Under the pieces are notes generated by a model, which worked only from the letters and a program-made list of their open reading frames with translations, ran no database searches and was not told the origin of the DNA. Below are positions 1-10,020 of a stretch of 64,000 nt of DNA, piece by piece; position 1 is the stretch's first letter; every line of letters starts with the position of its first letter. The translations under genes and the position numbers were made by a program. Source of the stretch: Acidobacteriota bacterium (GTDB taxonomy: Bacteria > Acidobacteriota > UBA890 > WLXD01); NCBI GenBank assembly GCA_963666215.2, contig CAXWPL010000005.1:1472001-1536000 (forward strand). Direction: 5' to 3'.

Positions 1-333
1 CGCCCCGCAGTTCTCATACTCTGCGCCCAACGCCAGGCAAGCCCGCGACGGTCCGCACACCGGCGCCGCCACGATCGCCCGCGTGAAGTCGACGCCGCGT
101 GCCGCCAGGGCGTCGATGTTGGGTGTCGGGATCGGGATCTGCGGATTGCGTCCCAGCCAGTCGAAGCGGTGCTGGTCGGAAACGAGCATCAGGATATTGG
201 GTCTCTTGGTCGAGCGCGGTCCCGGGATCTGAGCCGCGCCGGGGCCGGATAGAGCGGCCGTCGCGGTGGCCGCGGCGGCTCCCGCGAGGAAGTCGCGTCG
301 AGAAGTGAGCTTCTGGCTGTTCTTTCTCTTCAT
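1..333 (-). CDS. Tat-exported sulfatase, 5' part (runs off the window edge; missing from the ORF track)
   Basis: Manual translation gives MKRKNSQKLTSRRDFLAG (Tat motif), RPNILMLVSDQHR, TPNID and the CGPSR formylglycine motif; AAGGAG RBS upstream. Confidence 0.85.
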   Translation of the reverse strand, partial: MKRKNSQKLTSRRDFLAGAAAATATAALSGPGAAQIPGPRSTKRPNILMLVSDQHRFDWLGRNPQIPIPTPNIDALAARGVDFTRAIVAAPVCGPSRACLALGAEYENCGA

Positions 334-374
334 CTTGGACTCCTTCGCTTCCAGCATAGCGTAGCCGTGCGGGT

Positions 375-798
375 CTAACGAGGGAGCGGAAGCGCGAAAG
401 CCAGCAGCCACGACTTCCTCGCCCCCGCCGCCGATGGTCTCGCGAAGTTTCTTTCAGGGCCGGCCTGCACGGCCCGCTCGATCGACATCCCGGGCCCGGG
501 GGTCTCGCCACCACCGGCGACCAGGATGAACTGACGCCCCTCGTGCATATAGGTCATCGGTGAGCTGTGCAGGGTTACATCGCTCCTGACCTGTGCGATC
601 AGCTCGCCGCTCGCCTTGTCATAAGCGTCGAGGTAGCTGCCGTTCGCCGACCGATCACCGAGCTCGTCGACGATCGGCTCGATAGTGACGAGCAGTGTCT
701 TGGTGACGAGCACTCCACCTTCAGCAACGATCCCCTGCTGCGGTGGCGTACCCAGACGGCCCAGATTCAGGTGCTTGATTGCGGGGTGGTTTCTCGGC
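375..798 (-). pseudogene. C-terminal remnant of a PQQ-dependent dehydrogenase
   Basis: PRNHPAIKHLNLGRLG, LVTKTLL, AYDKASGE and PMTYMHEGRQFILVA match the C-terminus of the intact paralog at 30937-32916; truncated at the MITE at 799. Confidence 0.8.
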
Positions 799-919
799 TG
801 TCGCTCCTCGAAACAGATCCGCATGTGGATTCAGCAGGTTAGAGCGCGGGTCCTCACTGCTGCCGCCACTGGCTGTTGCGTCCCCGACTCAATGGGTGGA
901 CGAGTATTGAGGAGGCACA
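799..919 (+). mobile_element. 121-bp MITE made of the left and right ends of the rve-type IS at 51419-59752
   Basis: 799-888 closely matches 51419-51508; 899-919 GACGAGTATTGAGGAGGCACA recurs at 59732-59752; TGT...ACA termini. Confidence 0.85.
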
Positions 920-1066
920 GCGCTCATTGCGCGGTCCGGGCGACAGGGTCACTTCTGTGTTGATTAGAAGAGACTTCTGAACCGGGGCGCTGCCCCTACT
1001 CGGTGCGGGCCGGTTCAGCCGCCACCAAGGAGGGTGACCAACTTCTCGGGCCTGGCGCGAGCGATC

Positions 1067-3652
1067 CTAGTTGGAATCGCTGGCCGGGCTCTCGCCCACC
1101 CAGAACGGGCTCGACCACGCCATCGCGCCGTCAACCTGGCGCACCCGCACGTAGTAGTAGTCGCCGGGCTGCGGATTGTCGAGATCCACGTATCGAAAGT
1201 CTTGATCGACGTCGCCCTGGTCGCTGACCACCTGGACGGCGAGGGCGTCGGTTTGATCCAGCACTTGATACTCCCGCCGGTCGACCTGACCGCCGAGGCT
1301 TCCGAGCCGAAAGGCTTCGACCCGGGCGGGAAGCCGCTGCGACTCGCGCACGTCGCTTCCCGTTCCGCGCAACTCTTGCGTCGACTCCATGTCCACGATC
1401 ACGCGCGTGTCGGCGTCGGCGCCGCGCAGCCGAAGTAGAATCGCCGCACTGCGTCCTCGAGTGAGCATTCTGAACCGGACCTCATTCCCCGTCCGCTCCG
1501 TGGAGTAGGAACCTGGATGGCGGAACCAAGGGTCTCGGTGACCGACGACCTCTGCGCCCTCGACGCGAATGACGCCTAGCCACGGCCGACTGCCCCGCGG
1601 GCCCCGGCGATCGCCCACGACCTCGGTCGACGCCTCGAAACTCACTTGTACGACCGCGTCGCTTGTCATATCAGCCTCGAGATACCGCTGCGAATACACG
1701 ATGCGGCCGTTCTTGACCACATCGATGGCGTCAATCGGAGCCGTGCCGTGCACTCGGCATTCCAACTCTCTCCGGTTCGTGGCGGGCTGCTCCTGTCCCA
1801 TGGGGACCCCATTGAGCCACGCGTCAAGGACAATGCGTTCGCCGGTGGTCGCATACGTCGCCCGACTGCGCAGCGCGTTGAAGATTGCTTCACCCGTGTT
1901 CTCCGCCGCTAGGACCGCGGCGAGTCCGCCCAGTTGCGTACCCGAAGACTGTCCGGGCCCGCCCATAAAGCCGTAACCCGGGTGTCCGGTATGGTTGTCC
2001 GACGCGCCGACAAACCCGATCCGGAACCCGTTCTGCAAGTACCGATTGCCATACCAGTCGAACGTGCCGTGGCTGGACTGGATCTCGACCAGCCTCTCCA
2101 TCTCCCCGTCGCTGCGGGTCCAGTCGCCCGGCTGATGGGCGTGCGGAATGATCAGCACGTCGTCACTCCGGTTCGCTGCTCGCAGTTCTGCGTACAGCTC
2201 GTCGAGCAGAGGCTTTGTTTGCGTGCCGACGCGTCGTCGTCCAGGCACGTCGCGGAACAAGACGTTGTGGTGTCCGCCGTCGCCCAGCGAAGTCGTCCAC
2301 TCGAACCCGAGAATCGGCGTGAATCGCCCTGGCGCGCGGTATTCCTCGGCAAGCTGTTGTAGCGTCCGCCATTCGCCGTCGTCGAGCCAGCGGTCGTGCT
2401 CGGACAATGTGAGAAAGTCGAGTCGGGCTACGTCACGCCCGAAGCGGAAGTATCCTTCGGCGGAACCTTGTCCCTCCGCCATCCCGGTGTGACCGTGCGT
2501 CTCTCCCCAGTAGATGCGCCGAGCCGGATTCCTTTCGACGAGGATGGGGTTGCTGGCCCCTTGCAAGGTCCCGTCGGCGGTGCGCACTGCGAACCGATGG
2601 ACGCCGGCGGAGCGGATGGCGACGTTCTCGATCTGCACCAGCGCTTCCGACTCGGCCGCAAGCGTCCGGAAGGGCTCGCCGTCCAGCAGCACCTCCAATT
2701 CGCCTGGACCGGCGGACGCAACGTTGCGAAAGCGGTCCTCGGCGCGAACCGTCAGGGTGAATTCCTCGCCCGGTTCGACCACCGATGGCGCAATCGCGTT
2801 CAGGAAGCTCGCTTTCTCCTCTCCGACGACCTCGAACGACGGCCAATCGGGCCAAAGGAGCACGCCGTCTCCGTCCAAGTCCACCAAGAACGGAAGTCGG
2901 ACTTCGTCGTTGGACCACTCCTGCAGCTTCATGCCCGGCCCGCCGCCGGATCGATCCCCGTACGTCACGGTCACAGTGTCTCCCTCTTGCAGCGTGGCGC
3001 CGCTCAGACGGAATCCGATCGCGGTTCCGGTAAGTCCAGCCGGGTAGCTCGTCCATGGCTCGACGGAGGAGAGCCGGGCGTTCGGATTCGAAGAGCGGAC
3101 GGTGACGAAGTCGGCCTCGGTGGCGCCCGTAGACAAGGCGCCGTTTCGCCGCCCCTTGGCAAGAATCAGCCCGCCGCCTTCGGCGATCGGCCGGTCCCCG
3201 ACGGTGTAGGTCTGCGTTACCGTGGCGTACCCTCCCGCTGGAAAGGGCCCCTCGGAAGAGATCGTCAGGCTGCCCAAGGCTCCAGGGGCCTCGTCCGGGA
3301 CTTGGAGTTGCCGGACCATATAGCCGATGAGATCAGAAATGCGGTCGACCGGGATTGGTTGACCGGAAAGCCCACGCAAGGCCCGGTTCAGGAAGGACGC
3401 GTTCGGAGGGAAGTCATCAGCGATGCGACCGCGCTCTCGCGCGTATGCGTTCCCCCATTCCCAAAGAGTCCGGAACCTGGAGCTTAGCTCGTCGACGTCG
3501 TCTGTCGGAACAGAGGCCTTTTCCACCAGCGCGTCGACTCGGGCGCGTAGCTCTTGCGACAGGTAGTCGCCCGAGCTGCGCCGGTCTTGAGCCGCTACGA
3601 CCCCAACAAGAAAAGCCAGAACGGTGATGGACGCGACGCGAACGAATCTCAT
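1067..3652 (-). CDS. Secreted DUF3604/PHP-like metallohydrolase, long form with N-terminal beta-rich domains
   Basis: Signal peptide; WGETHGHT, LSEHD, GFEWT, GHHNV, IPH, ASDNHTGHPG, YATTG and terminal AWSSPFW motifs. Confidence 0.8.
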   Translation of the reverse strand: MRFVRVASITVLAFLVGVVAAQDRRSSGDYLSQELRARVDALVEKASVPTDDVDELSSRFRTLWEWGNAYARERGRIADDFPPNASFLNRALRGLSGQPIPVDRISDLIGYMVRQLQVPDEAPGALGSLTISSEGPFPAGGYATVTQTYTVGDRPIAEGGGLILAKGRRNGALSTGATEADFVTVRSSNPNARLSSVEPWTSYPAGLTGTAIGFRLSGATLQEGDTVTVTYGDRSGGGPGMKLQEWSNDEVRLPFLVDLDGDGVLLWPDWPSFEVVGEEKASFLNAIAPSVVEPGEEFTLTVRAEDRFRNVASAGPGELEVLLDGEPFRTLAAESEALVQIENVAIRSAGVHRFAVRTADGTLQGASNPILVERNPARRIYWGETHGHTGMAEGQGSAEGYFRFGRDVARLDFLTLSEHDRWLDDGEWRTLQQLAEEYRAPGRFTPILGFEWTTSLGDGGHHNVLFRDVPGRRRVGTQTKPLLDELYAELRAANRSDDVLIIPHAHQPGDWTRSDGEMERLVEIQSSHGTFDWYGNRYLQNGFRIGFVGASDNHTGHPGYGFMGGPGQSSGTQLGGLAAVLAAENTGEAIFNALRSRATYATTGERIVLDAWLNGVPMGQEQPATNRRELECRVHGTAPIDAIDVVKNGRIVYSQRYLEADMTSDAVVQVSFEASTEVVGDRRGPRGSRPWLGVIRVEGAEVVGHRDPWFRHPGSYSTERTGNEVRFRMLTRGRSAAILLRLRGADADTRVIVDMESTQELRGTGSDVRESQRLPARVEAFRLGSLGGQVDRREYQVLDQTDALAVQVVSDQGDVDQDFRYVDLDNPQPGDYYYVRVRQVDGAMAWSSPFWVGESPASDSN

Positions 3653-3869
3653 GAGCACGCTGAGTGCCCGATAGTGTACCAGGCCCCTTGAATCGCGCAG
3701 CCCTTCGGCGCCAACGATCGTCGGAGCCTACAGACCGCCCAACGGTCAACCGAGTGGCTGGATTCACACAGCAGAAGCCCGAGGAGCAGGCGTTGAATAG
3801 TTGGTCGAGAAAGAGTTCCTGAGACTCCTTGATCGAGCGCGATCTTGAGGGCCTCGTCCAGGGGCAGCG

Positions 3870-4426
3870 GACGCTCCTTCACCCTCTTCGGCAATCTGCT
3901 GCTCGAGCTTGGCGCCCAACGGGCTGGTCACGAACATATAGCCTGAGCGCTTGTCGTTGAAGGTGTCCAGTATGAGCTGAAAGTTGTCTTCATCGAGCAG
4001 CTGTAACGAGTCGCGTCGCATCTCGGTTGCAATGACGCCGTTCGCAATCGAATCGTAGGCCTCGACCCCCACATAGAGCCGTTCGTCGTCGTACATCAAT
4101 CGCACAACCGTCCGCTCCGTCGCCGGGTCGCCTTCTGCCGGCTCTTGCTGGATGAAGTCGTCGATGATCGCCGCGTTGAGCCATGCCTCTTCGTCGAGGA
4201 TCCCATCCAAGTTAGGGGGACGGCTCGTATACGACGGCTCGACACTATCGAGCTCGTCCGGGATAAGCGCCTGTCGTTCACCGCCGAAGCTCAACGTGCC
4301 ACCGGCTTCTGGGACGGACGGTGCCTCGCCGGCTTGTTGGGCGCCTGCAGCGGTGCCCAGTAACAAGGTGAGACACAGAATCAAACCAACCGGGTGTCGA
4401 CTCGTGGTGGACAGAAGCGCTGGCAT
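3870..4426 (-). pseudogene. 5' fragment of a DUF5916/CBM9-like exported protein
   Basis: Signal peptide; PNLDGILDEEAW, FIQQEP, YDDERLYVG and LDTFNDKRSGY; similarity is lost after about 3880. Confidence 0.7.
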
Positions 4427-4794
4427 GTCGGGAGAACTCCGGGGAGTGATGGACGAGCAACCCTAGTTGTAACTCGGTCTCGAAGACAGCGAGCGCCGCG
4501 CAACTCGTCGTGACGGCACGCACGCAACCAGCGCCAACGCCACCTGCGCACCCATCAAGAGGTCCCGCGCGCGAAGGTATGAGGGACCGTGAGTCACGCC
4601 CGGCGCTTCGGCCTTCAGCCGCAGGGGGAGCCACGCATCGTCTAGCGGCCCGTGGTAGCGGGGCCCATGATGAATGCCGGCTAGCGATGCGCAGCCTCCT
4701 GAGCACTCGACGGTTTGAGGGGAAGCTTCGCTAGCAGCCCGTGGTAAAAAGCCCCGCGGCATGCGACGGGCGCTCCATCCCCGCCGGCTGCGTT

Positions 4795-4925
4795 GCTTCG
4801 GTGGTGTTCGACACCTTCCTCGACAGACGGCATGGCGTGGCGGTCTACACCAACCCGCTGGGCGCCCTCGGCGACTTCCAGATCACCAACGAAGGGAACC
4901 CCAACCGCGACTGGAACCCGGTGGC
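4795..4925 (+). pseudogene. Internal fragment of a second DUF5916-like gene
   Basis: VVFDTFLDRRHGVAVYTNPLGALGDFQITNEGNPNRDWNPV. Confidence 0.6.
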
Positions 4926-5005
4926 CGCCGCGTTGCTCATCATCGGGTGCTGTGGGATTTCCGGCATCCGAGCTACACTGGCGCTGCCCGGAGGTGTGTA
5001 GACCC

Positions 5006-6118
5006 ATGAAGAAGCTTCTGATCCTGACCCCCGCCATCATCTTCGCGCCGCTGCTGATGGTGGTCGCCTGTGATCCGGGCCCGACGCAGGTGATAGCGCC
5101 GGGTGTGGATGACATCGCGGTGATGCGGCCTCCACCCGGTGTAGACATCGACCGGACCCACGCCTCCGGGCAGGTGGTCGACCCGGATGGACGCGCCGGG
5201 TGGTATCCCCACGAGGGCGGTCTCATGGAGTACCGCGTCGCCATCCGGTTCGGACAGGAGCCCCACACGATGCCCGAGGGCTGGAGCTTTGGACGGGTGT
5301 CGGCGGTGGCCACCGACTCGAGCGGAGACGTATATGTATTTCACCGGGGGGATGCCGCCGATCCGATCGTGGTGTTCGACGCCGAGGGAACCTATCAGCG
5401 CTCGTTCGGCGTCGATCTGGACTTCGGCAACGAGCATGGGCTGCGGATCGACCGCCACGACAACGTCTGGGTGACCGACAACGGCAACCACCGGGTGATG
5501 AAGCTCTCGACCGAGGGCGAGGTGCTGATGACGCTGGGCCGCAAGGGGCAGGCTGGCACCAGCGACGACACCTTCGACCGGCCGGCCGACATCGCGTTCG
5601 GGCCAAACGACGAGCTGTACGTCGCCGACGGGTATGGCAACAGCCGGGTGGTGAAGTACGACGCCGAGGGCAACTTCGTGAAGACCTGGGGCACACCGGG
5701 CTCGGGACCGGGTGAGTTCGATCTGGTCCACTCGGTGGCCGTCGACTCCCAGGGGAGGGTCTACGCCAGCGACCGGGAGAACAACCGGATCCAGATCTTC
5801 GACCCCGATGGCACGCTGCTCGACACCTGGAACCACCTGGGCGCCACGCAGAACGTCTTCATCACCCCCGACGACCAGGTGTGGGTGATCACGCACCGAG
5901 ACAACGTCGAGAACATCACCTACGACACGCTGGCCGGCCGGATCATGCGGGTCGACATCGACACTGGTGAGATCATCGGCGCGATGGAGAGCCCCGGCCA
6001 CTGGATCGACGTGGCCGGGAACGGCGACATCTTCATCGGCAGCCTCACCGGCAACGTCTTCCGCTGGTACCAGGAGTGGATGGAAACCGAACAGGCGGCG
6101 CAGGCCGAGCGCCCCTAG
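5006..6118 (+). CDS. NHL-repeat beta-propeller lipoprotein (PAL-like family)
   Basis: Lipobox VVAC; repeated VWVTDNGNHRV, LYVADGYGNSRV and VYASDRENNRIQIF. Confidence 0.88.
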   Translation: MKKLLILTPAIIFAPLLMVVACDPGPTQVIAPGVDDIAVMRPPPGVDIDRTHASGQVVDPDGRAGWYPHEGGLMEYRVAIRFGQEPHTMPEGWSFGRVSAVATDSSGDVYVFHRGDAADPIVVFDAEGTYQRSFGVDLDFGNEHGLRIDRHDNVWVTDNGNHRVMKLSTEGEVLMTLGRKGQAGTSDDTFDRPADIAFGPNDELYVADGYGNSRVVKYDAEGNFVKTWGTPGSGPGEFDLVHSVAVDSQGRVYASDRENNRIQIFDPDGTLLDTWNHLGATQNVFITPDDQVWVITHRDNVENITYDTLAGRIMRVDIDTGEIIGAMESPGHWIDVAGNGDIFIGSLTGNVFRWYQEWMETEQAAQAERP

Positions 6119-6154
6119 CAGTCCGTGGCAAAGTCGCGCGTGGCACCGAGACGA

Positions 6155-6335
6155 TGCCCAGGGGCTGAACGCGCCCAACGGTATCGCGTTCAGGGAGGGG
6201 GGCGCTCTACGTGGCCGAGCTCGATCGCGTGCTCCGGTACGACGACATCGAGACGCGCCTCGAGAATCCGCCAGATCCGACGGTGGTCAGCGATGCGTTT
6301 CCGTCGGACTGGATGCATGGCTGGAAGTTCGTTCA
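6155..6335 (+). pseudogene. Fragment of a sorbosone/glucose dehydrogenase-like gene
   Basis: AQGLNAPNGIAFR followed in a shifted frame by LYVAELDRVLRYDDIE...HGWKF. Confidence 0.55.
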
Positions 6336-6438
6336 GACGGTCCCGGACGAGGGACTTTGCGGCGCAGAGGACGAAGACATCAGCGCCCGCTGCTTGGCTG
6401 AAGATCGCGCCCGCTCTCTGGTAGTGTAGACTCAGATC

Positions 6439-6642
6439 GTGCTTCGGACCGTGAAAGCCGAGATTGACGAGGAGGGCCGGATCCGGCCCGATGAGGACGT
6501 GCCTCTGGAGCCCGGGACAAAGGTGCTGATCACCTTCCTCGGAGAGGTTGCCGAGGAGGCGCTGCTTAGCGAACGGTCGCTTTCGGCTGACTGGTCGCGG
6601 CCGGAGGAAGACGCGGCGTGGTCGCACTTGAACCCGGCATAG
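6439..6642 (+). CDS. Putative antitoxin paired with the downstream PemK/MazF toxin
   Basis: Small acidic protein ending LSERSLSADWSRPEEDAAWSHL, overlapping the toxin start. Confidence 0.7.
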   Translation: MLRTVKAEIDEEGRIRPDEDVPLEPGTKVLITFLGEVAEEALLSERSLSADWSRPEEDAAWSHLNPA

Positions 6643-6959
6643 TCGTTCTCGTCCGGTTTCCTTTCTCCGATCTCTCCGCCTCTAAGTTCCGCCCGGCAGT
6701 AGTGCTGGCCCATGCAGGTGGCTAGGATTGGGTGCTGTGCCAGGTCACGAGTAATCCATATGGAGACCCGAAGGCGGTGCCACTCACCGGCGCAGCGTTC
6801 GCATCAGGGGGGCTTCGCCGCGACAGCTTCGCGCGGCCGGGGAAACTGTTCACGGCGAACGCGTCGATTGTTGAGAGGGCCGTGGGTAACCTCAGGTCCG
6901 CCACGCTGAGGACGCTCATCGAAGCAGTAGTTGGCGTGCTTGATGAGGGCGGCAAGTGA
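6618..6959 (+). pseudogene. PemK/MazF-like toxin with an in-frame TAG at 6723
   Basis: VVLVRFPFSDLSASKFRPAVVLA, then TAG, then DWVLCQVTSNPY...RPGKLFT in the same frame. Confidence 0.75.
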
Positions 6960-7302
6960 GGCGCTCGCTAACAACTCGCTGCAGCAGACACGGACCTTCG
7001 ACCCGCACGGCTGAGCTCCGGAGCCATTGGGCCGGACAGGTCTTCGAATGCTACTTCCACAAGGACTAGCTCTTCTGTGCGAGCATGGTCGGGCAGGTGG
7101 AGGAGGTAGCCGGTACTCCACTACCGGAACACCGTGGGACCCCCGAGAACAATACCCCCACCGGGGTGCATTTTTAGGTGCATCGAGTGGCAACAGAAAG
7201 CCACTTTTGGCCGCACCTGCCAACAGAAGGCGTGCCCGTAACTGGCTTCTTTTCTTGTAGTTGAGAGTGGGGGAGAGTTGCCTCCAATTGGACCAGGTCC
7301 GT

Positions 7303-7358
7303 CTCAAAATCCCCCGAGGGCAACCCTCGTGAGGGTTCAAATCCCTCCCCCGGTACCA
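7303..7358 (+). tRNA. 3' half of tRNA-Leu(CAA); probable att site
   Basis: CTCAAAA anticodon loop, long variable arm CGAGGG-CAA-CCCTCG, T-arm GAGGG-TTCAAAT-CCCTC and CCA end; D-arm and 5' acceptor strand absent. Confidence 0.85.
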
Positions 7359-7686
7359 CTTCTAATCCCTTCAGAAGGATACGCTTAGGCGGAATCTCAC
7401 TGCCCGAGAAATATTCGGGTGGGACCCTGCCAGCCGAAGGCTGCTGGGGGTCCTCCCCTGTCTGTGAGTGGCGAACCTCATAGGCCTCTCTGGCCGGAGG
7501 CGGCGTCACGTGCCTCTCCGATTTGTTACGCGCTGCTCAACGTAGATGTCAGGCCAATCCAGCGAAGAGTACCCCGTCGTACGTTACGGGCGCGCTACTT
7601 CCTGTAGATGGTGGCTTACTGGTGGGCAAGCTTGCTAAATTCGTATGCCTAACGAGTGATGATCTAGAAGATATTAGGATGAGACG

Positions 7687-8679
7687 ATGAGAATTAGTGT
7701 CGGTGTGCGCGGTCCTGTGCCAGGCCAGAGTGCGAGCTTCGAAGAAGAAGTTCGTTTTGTTCAGGAAGCTGAAAAGTTAGGCGTATTTGCAGCCTGGACC
7801 GTTGAAGGTTGGGGTGCGGATGCCGTGACTCCGCTTGCCTATTTAGCAGCACGAACAGAATCTATCCGCCTAGGCACCGGCATTATGCAGCTCAGTGCAC
7901 GCGTGCCAAGCATGATCGCGATGACCGCTCGCACTCTGGCAGAACTGTCAGGCAATCGATTTTTGTTGGGCTTAGGGGTTAGCGGTGCACAGGTCGTTGA
8001 GGGTTTACATGGCGTACCCTTTCGCGCGCCGCTCACACGGTTAAAAGAGACAGTCGAGATTCTAAAAATGTCCCTGGCCGGGGAAAAGATAGAATTTAGC
8101 GGCAAACAAGTGCGGGTGCCGCTACCTGGTGGGAGAGGCCGTGCTCTACGCTTGAGTGGTAAGAAGAGCGATCCAATTCCCATCTATCTCGCCACGTTGG
8201 GTGAAAGGAGCTTGGAATACACCGGATCCGTAGCGGACGGTTGGATCGGTACTACCTTTTGCCCGGAACATGCGCATGCCTTGTTGCCCCATATCGAGGC
8301 GGGTGCGCAGATGGCCGGTCGAAAACTCACGGATCTAGACATTAGTGCCGGGGCGGCAAGAGTTGAGTTCGGTAACATTGAAGAATTAGTGAACCGAGAG
8401 CGAATGGGACGTGCGTTTACCATCGCAGCCATGGGATCGCGTGACGACAATTACTACGCCGACAGTTACGCTCGAGCAGGCTGGGCGAGCGAGGTCCACG
8501 AGGTGCAAACGCTTTGGCACGCCGGACGCCGCGATGAAGCCGCGAGCAAAGTTCCTTTTGACATGATCATGCAAACAAATTTGTTTGGAGACGACGCAAG
8601 CATGCGCACCCGGATCCAGGCCTATATTGCGGCTGGGGTGACAACGCTAAAAGTGACGCCGGCGGGTGACACCTGGTAG
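7687..8679 (+). CDS. LLM-class (possibly F420-dependent) oxidoreductase, possibly slightly truncated by TAG
   Basis: EGWGADAVTPLAYLAA, LGTGIMQ, GRFLLGLGVSG-like and ADGWIG motifs; the frame stays open to 8733. Confidence 0.85.
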   Translation: MRISVGVRGPVPGQSASFEEEVRFVQEAEKLGVFAAWTVEGWGADAVTPLAYLAARTESIRLGTGIMQLSARVPSMIAMTARTLAELSGNRFLLGLGVSGAQVVEGLHGVPFRAPLTRLKETVEILKMSLAGEKIEFSGKQVRVPLPGGRGRALRLSGKKSDPIPIYLATLGERSLEYTGSVADGWIGTTFCPEHAHALLPHIEAGAQMAGRKLTDLDISAGAARVEFGNIEELVNRERMGRAFTIAAMGSRDDNYYADSYARAGWASEVHEVQTLWHAGRRDEAASKVPFDMIMQTNLFGDDASMRTRIQAYIAAGVTTLKVTPAGDTW

Positions 8680-8808
8680 GCGCGTGTCACCACACTTGGT
8701 CGATTGATGGACTTAATAAAGTCCCAACGCTAGACCAGCGTCGCTCATGGGGGCTCTCCCTATTGTCCCTTCAGAAAAACAACTGGACCCGCTGGCCGTG
8801 GAGGTCGA

Positions 8809-9954
8809 TCAAGAATCTTCGAGGAAGTCCGACAGGCGTCCGTAGGCTTTGACGAAGTCTTCCTTGAATCCATAGACGACGTTGCGCGTCGACTGAATCT
8901 TGTCGACCAGGCCGACGCCCTGCCCGACAAAGTAGGTCTCGACCTCGATCGCGCCTTCGTGGCCGATCTCGGCGAGCTTGCGGACTTTGGCAAGCGCCGG
9001 ACCGGCCACGATGGGCTGCAGTGGCATCGGCAGAGGGTCTGGGCTTCCTTCGGACTCCCAGGCTTCGGTCCACGGTGAAGCGAGCTGACGGGCATGCTTG
9101 CCGGTGCGACTACGTGAGCGCACGGTCTGGCTGGAGCTCGCTTCGATGAACTTCTGCTTCATCACCTCGGAGGTCTCCGCCTCGGTGGTGGTGAGCCAGA
9201 CCGACCCGGTCCATACGCCGTCGGCGCCCATCGCCATCGCCGCCGCCATCTGCTTGCCGGTCATGATGCCGCCGGCGGCGAGGATCGGCACATCGCCGTA
9301 CTCCTGGATCGCCTCGTAGATCTCTGGAATGAGCACCATCGACGAGACGGTGCCGCAGTGTCCGCCGCCTTCGGTACCCGAGACCACCAGAATGTCGACA
9401 CCTGCCTTGACCTGGTTGATGGCATGCTGCTTCGCGCCAATCAGAGCCGCAACCGGAACGCCCCGTTCTTTGCCCATCTTGAGCAGCCAATCGGGGGGGA
9501 CACCGAGGGCGTTGGCGATCAGCCGAATCGGATGGGAGAAAGCCACATCGACGACATCCTTCGCTCCCTCAGGGCGCAGGTTGTTGCCGAAGCCCGCATG
9601 CGCGAGCCGTGCTTCATCGTTGATATCGCTGGTGTCGATGTCGTGATCTTCGAGAATCTGCGAGGCGAAGCGCTTATGCTCTTCGGGCACCATCCCCAGC
9701 ACCTGCTCCAGCGTCGGCTGCGAGTCGCGAGTGAGCATCGCATTGGGGATCAGTGTGTCGACGCCATAGGGGAGACCGTCGATGTGATCGTCGATCCAGG
9801 AGAGCTCGATCTCGAGCTGCTCGGCCGGCATGGAGGCGATTCCCATCACACCCATCCCTCCCGCCTTGGTCACTTCGACCACGACGTCGCGACAGTGGGT
9901 GAAAGCGATGAGGGGGAACTCGATTCCAAGTAACTCACAGATCCTCGACTTCAT
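8809..9954 (-). CDS. Nitronate monooxygenase / FabK-like flavoenzyme
   Basis: GTEGGGHCG, ILAAGGI, GADGVWTGS and GQGVG. Confidence 0.88.
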   Translation of the reverse strand: MKSRICELLGIEFPLIAFTHCRDVVVEVTKAGGMGVMGIASMPAEQLEIELSWIDDHIDGLPYGVDTLIPNAMLTRDSQPTLEQVLGMVPEEHKRFASQILEDHDIDTSDINDEARLAHAGFGNNLRPEGAKDVVDVAFSHPIRLIANALGVPPDWLLKMGKERGVPVAALIGAKQHAINQVKAGVDILVVSGTEGGGHCGTVSSMVLIPEIYEAIQEYGDVPILAAGGIMTGKQMAAAMAMGADGVWTGSVWLTTTEAETSEVMKQKFIEASSSQTVRSRSRTGKHARQLASPWTEAWESEGSPDPLPMPLQPIVAGPALAKVRKLAEIGHEGAIEVETYFVGQGVGLVDKIQSTRNVVYGFKEDFVKAYGRLSDFLEDS

Positions 9955-10020
9955 CAGTAGCCTCCTTCTGCTTTCCTGTTCCGTTTGGGGACTGAGACCT
10001 TGTGTGAACCGTCGTAGGGT

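Noticed and set aside
7261-7358. Possible tRNA-Sec to partner the selenoprotein
   Set aside because: The loop CTCAAAA centres on CAA (Leu), and the 5' half of the tRNA is missing
6723-8733. Possible amber (TAG) recoding suggested by in-frame TAGs at 6723 and 8677
   Set aside because: Many intact genes in the window terminate at TAG and no pyl genes are seen; point mutations are the simpler explanation
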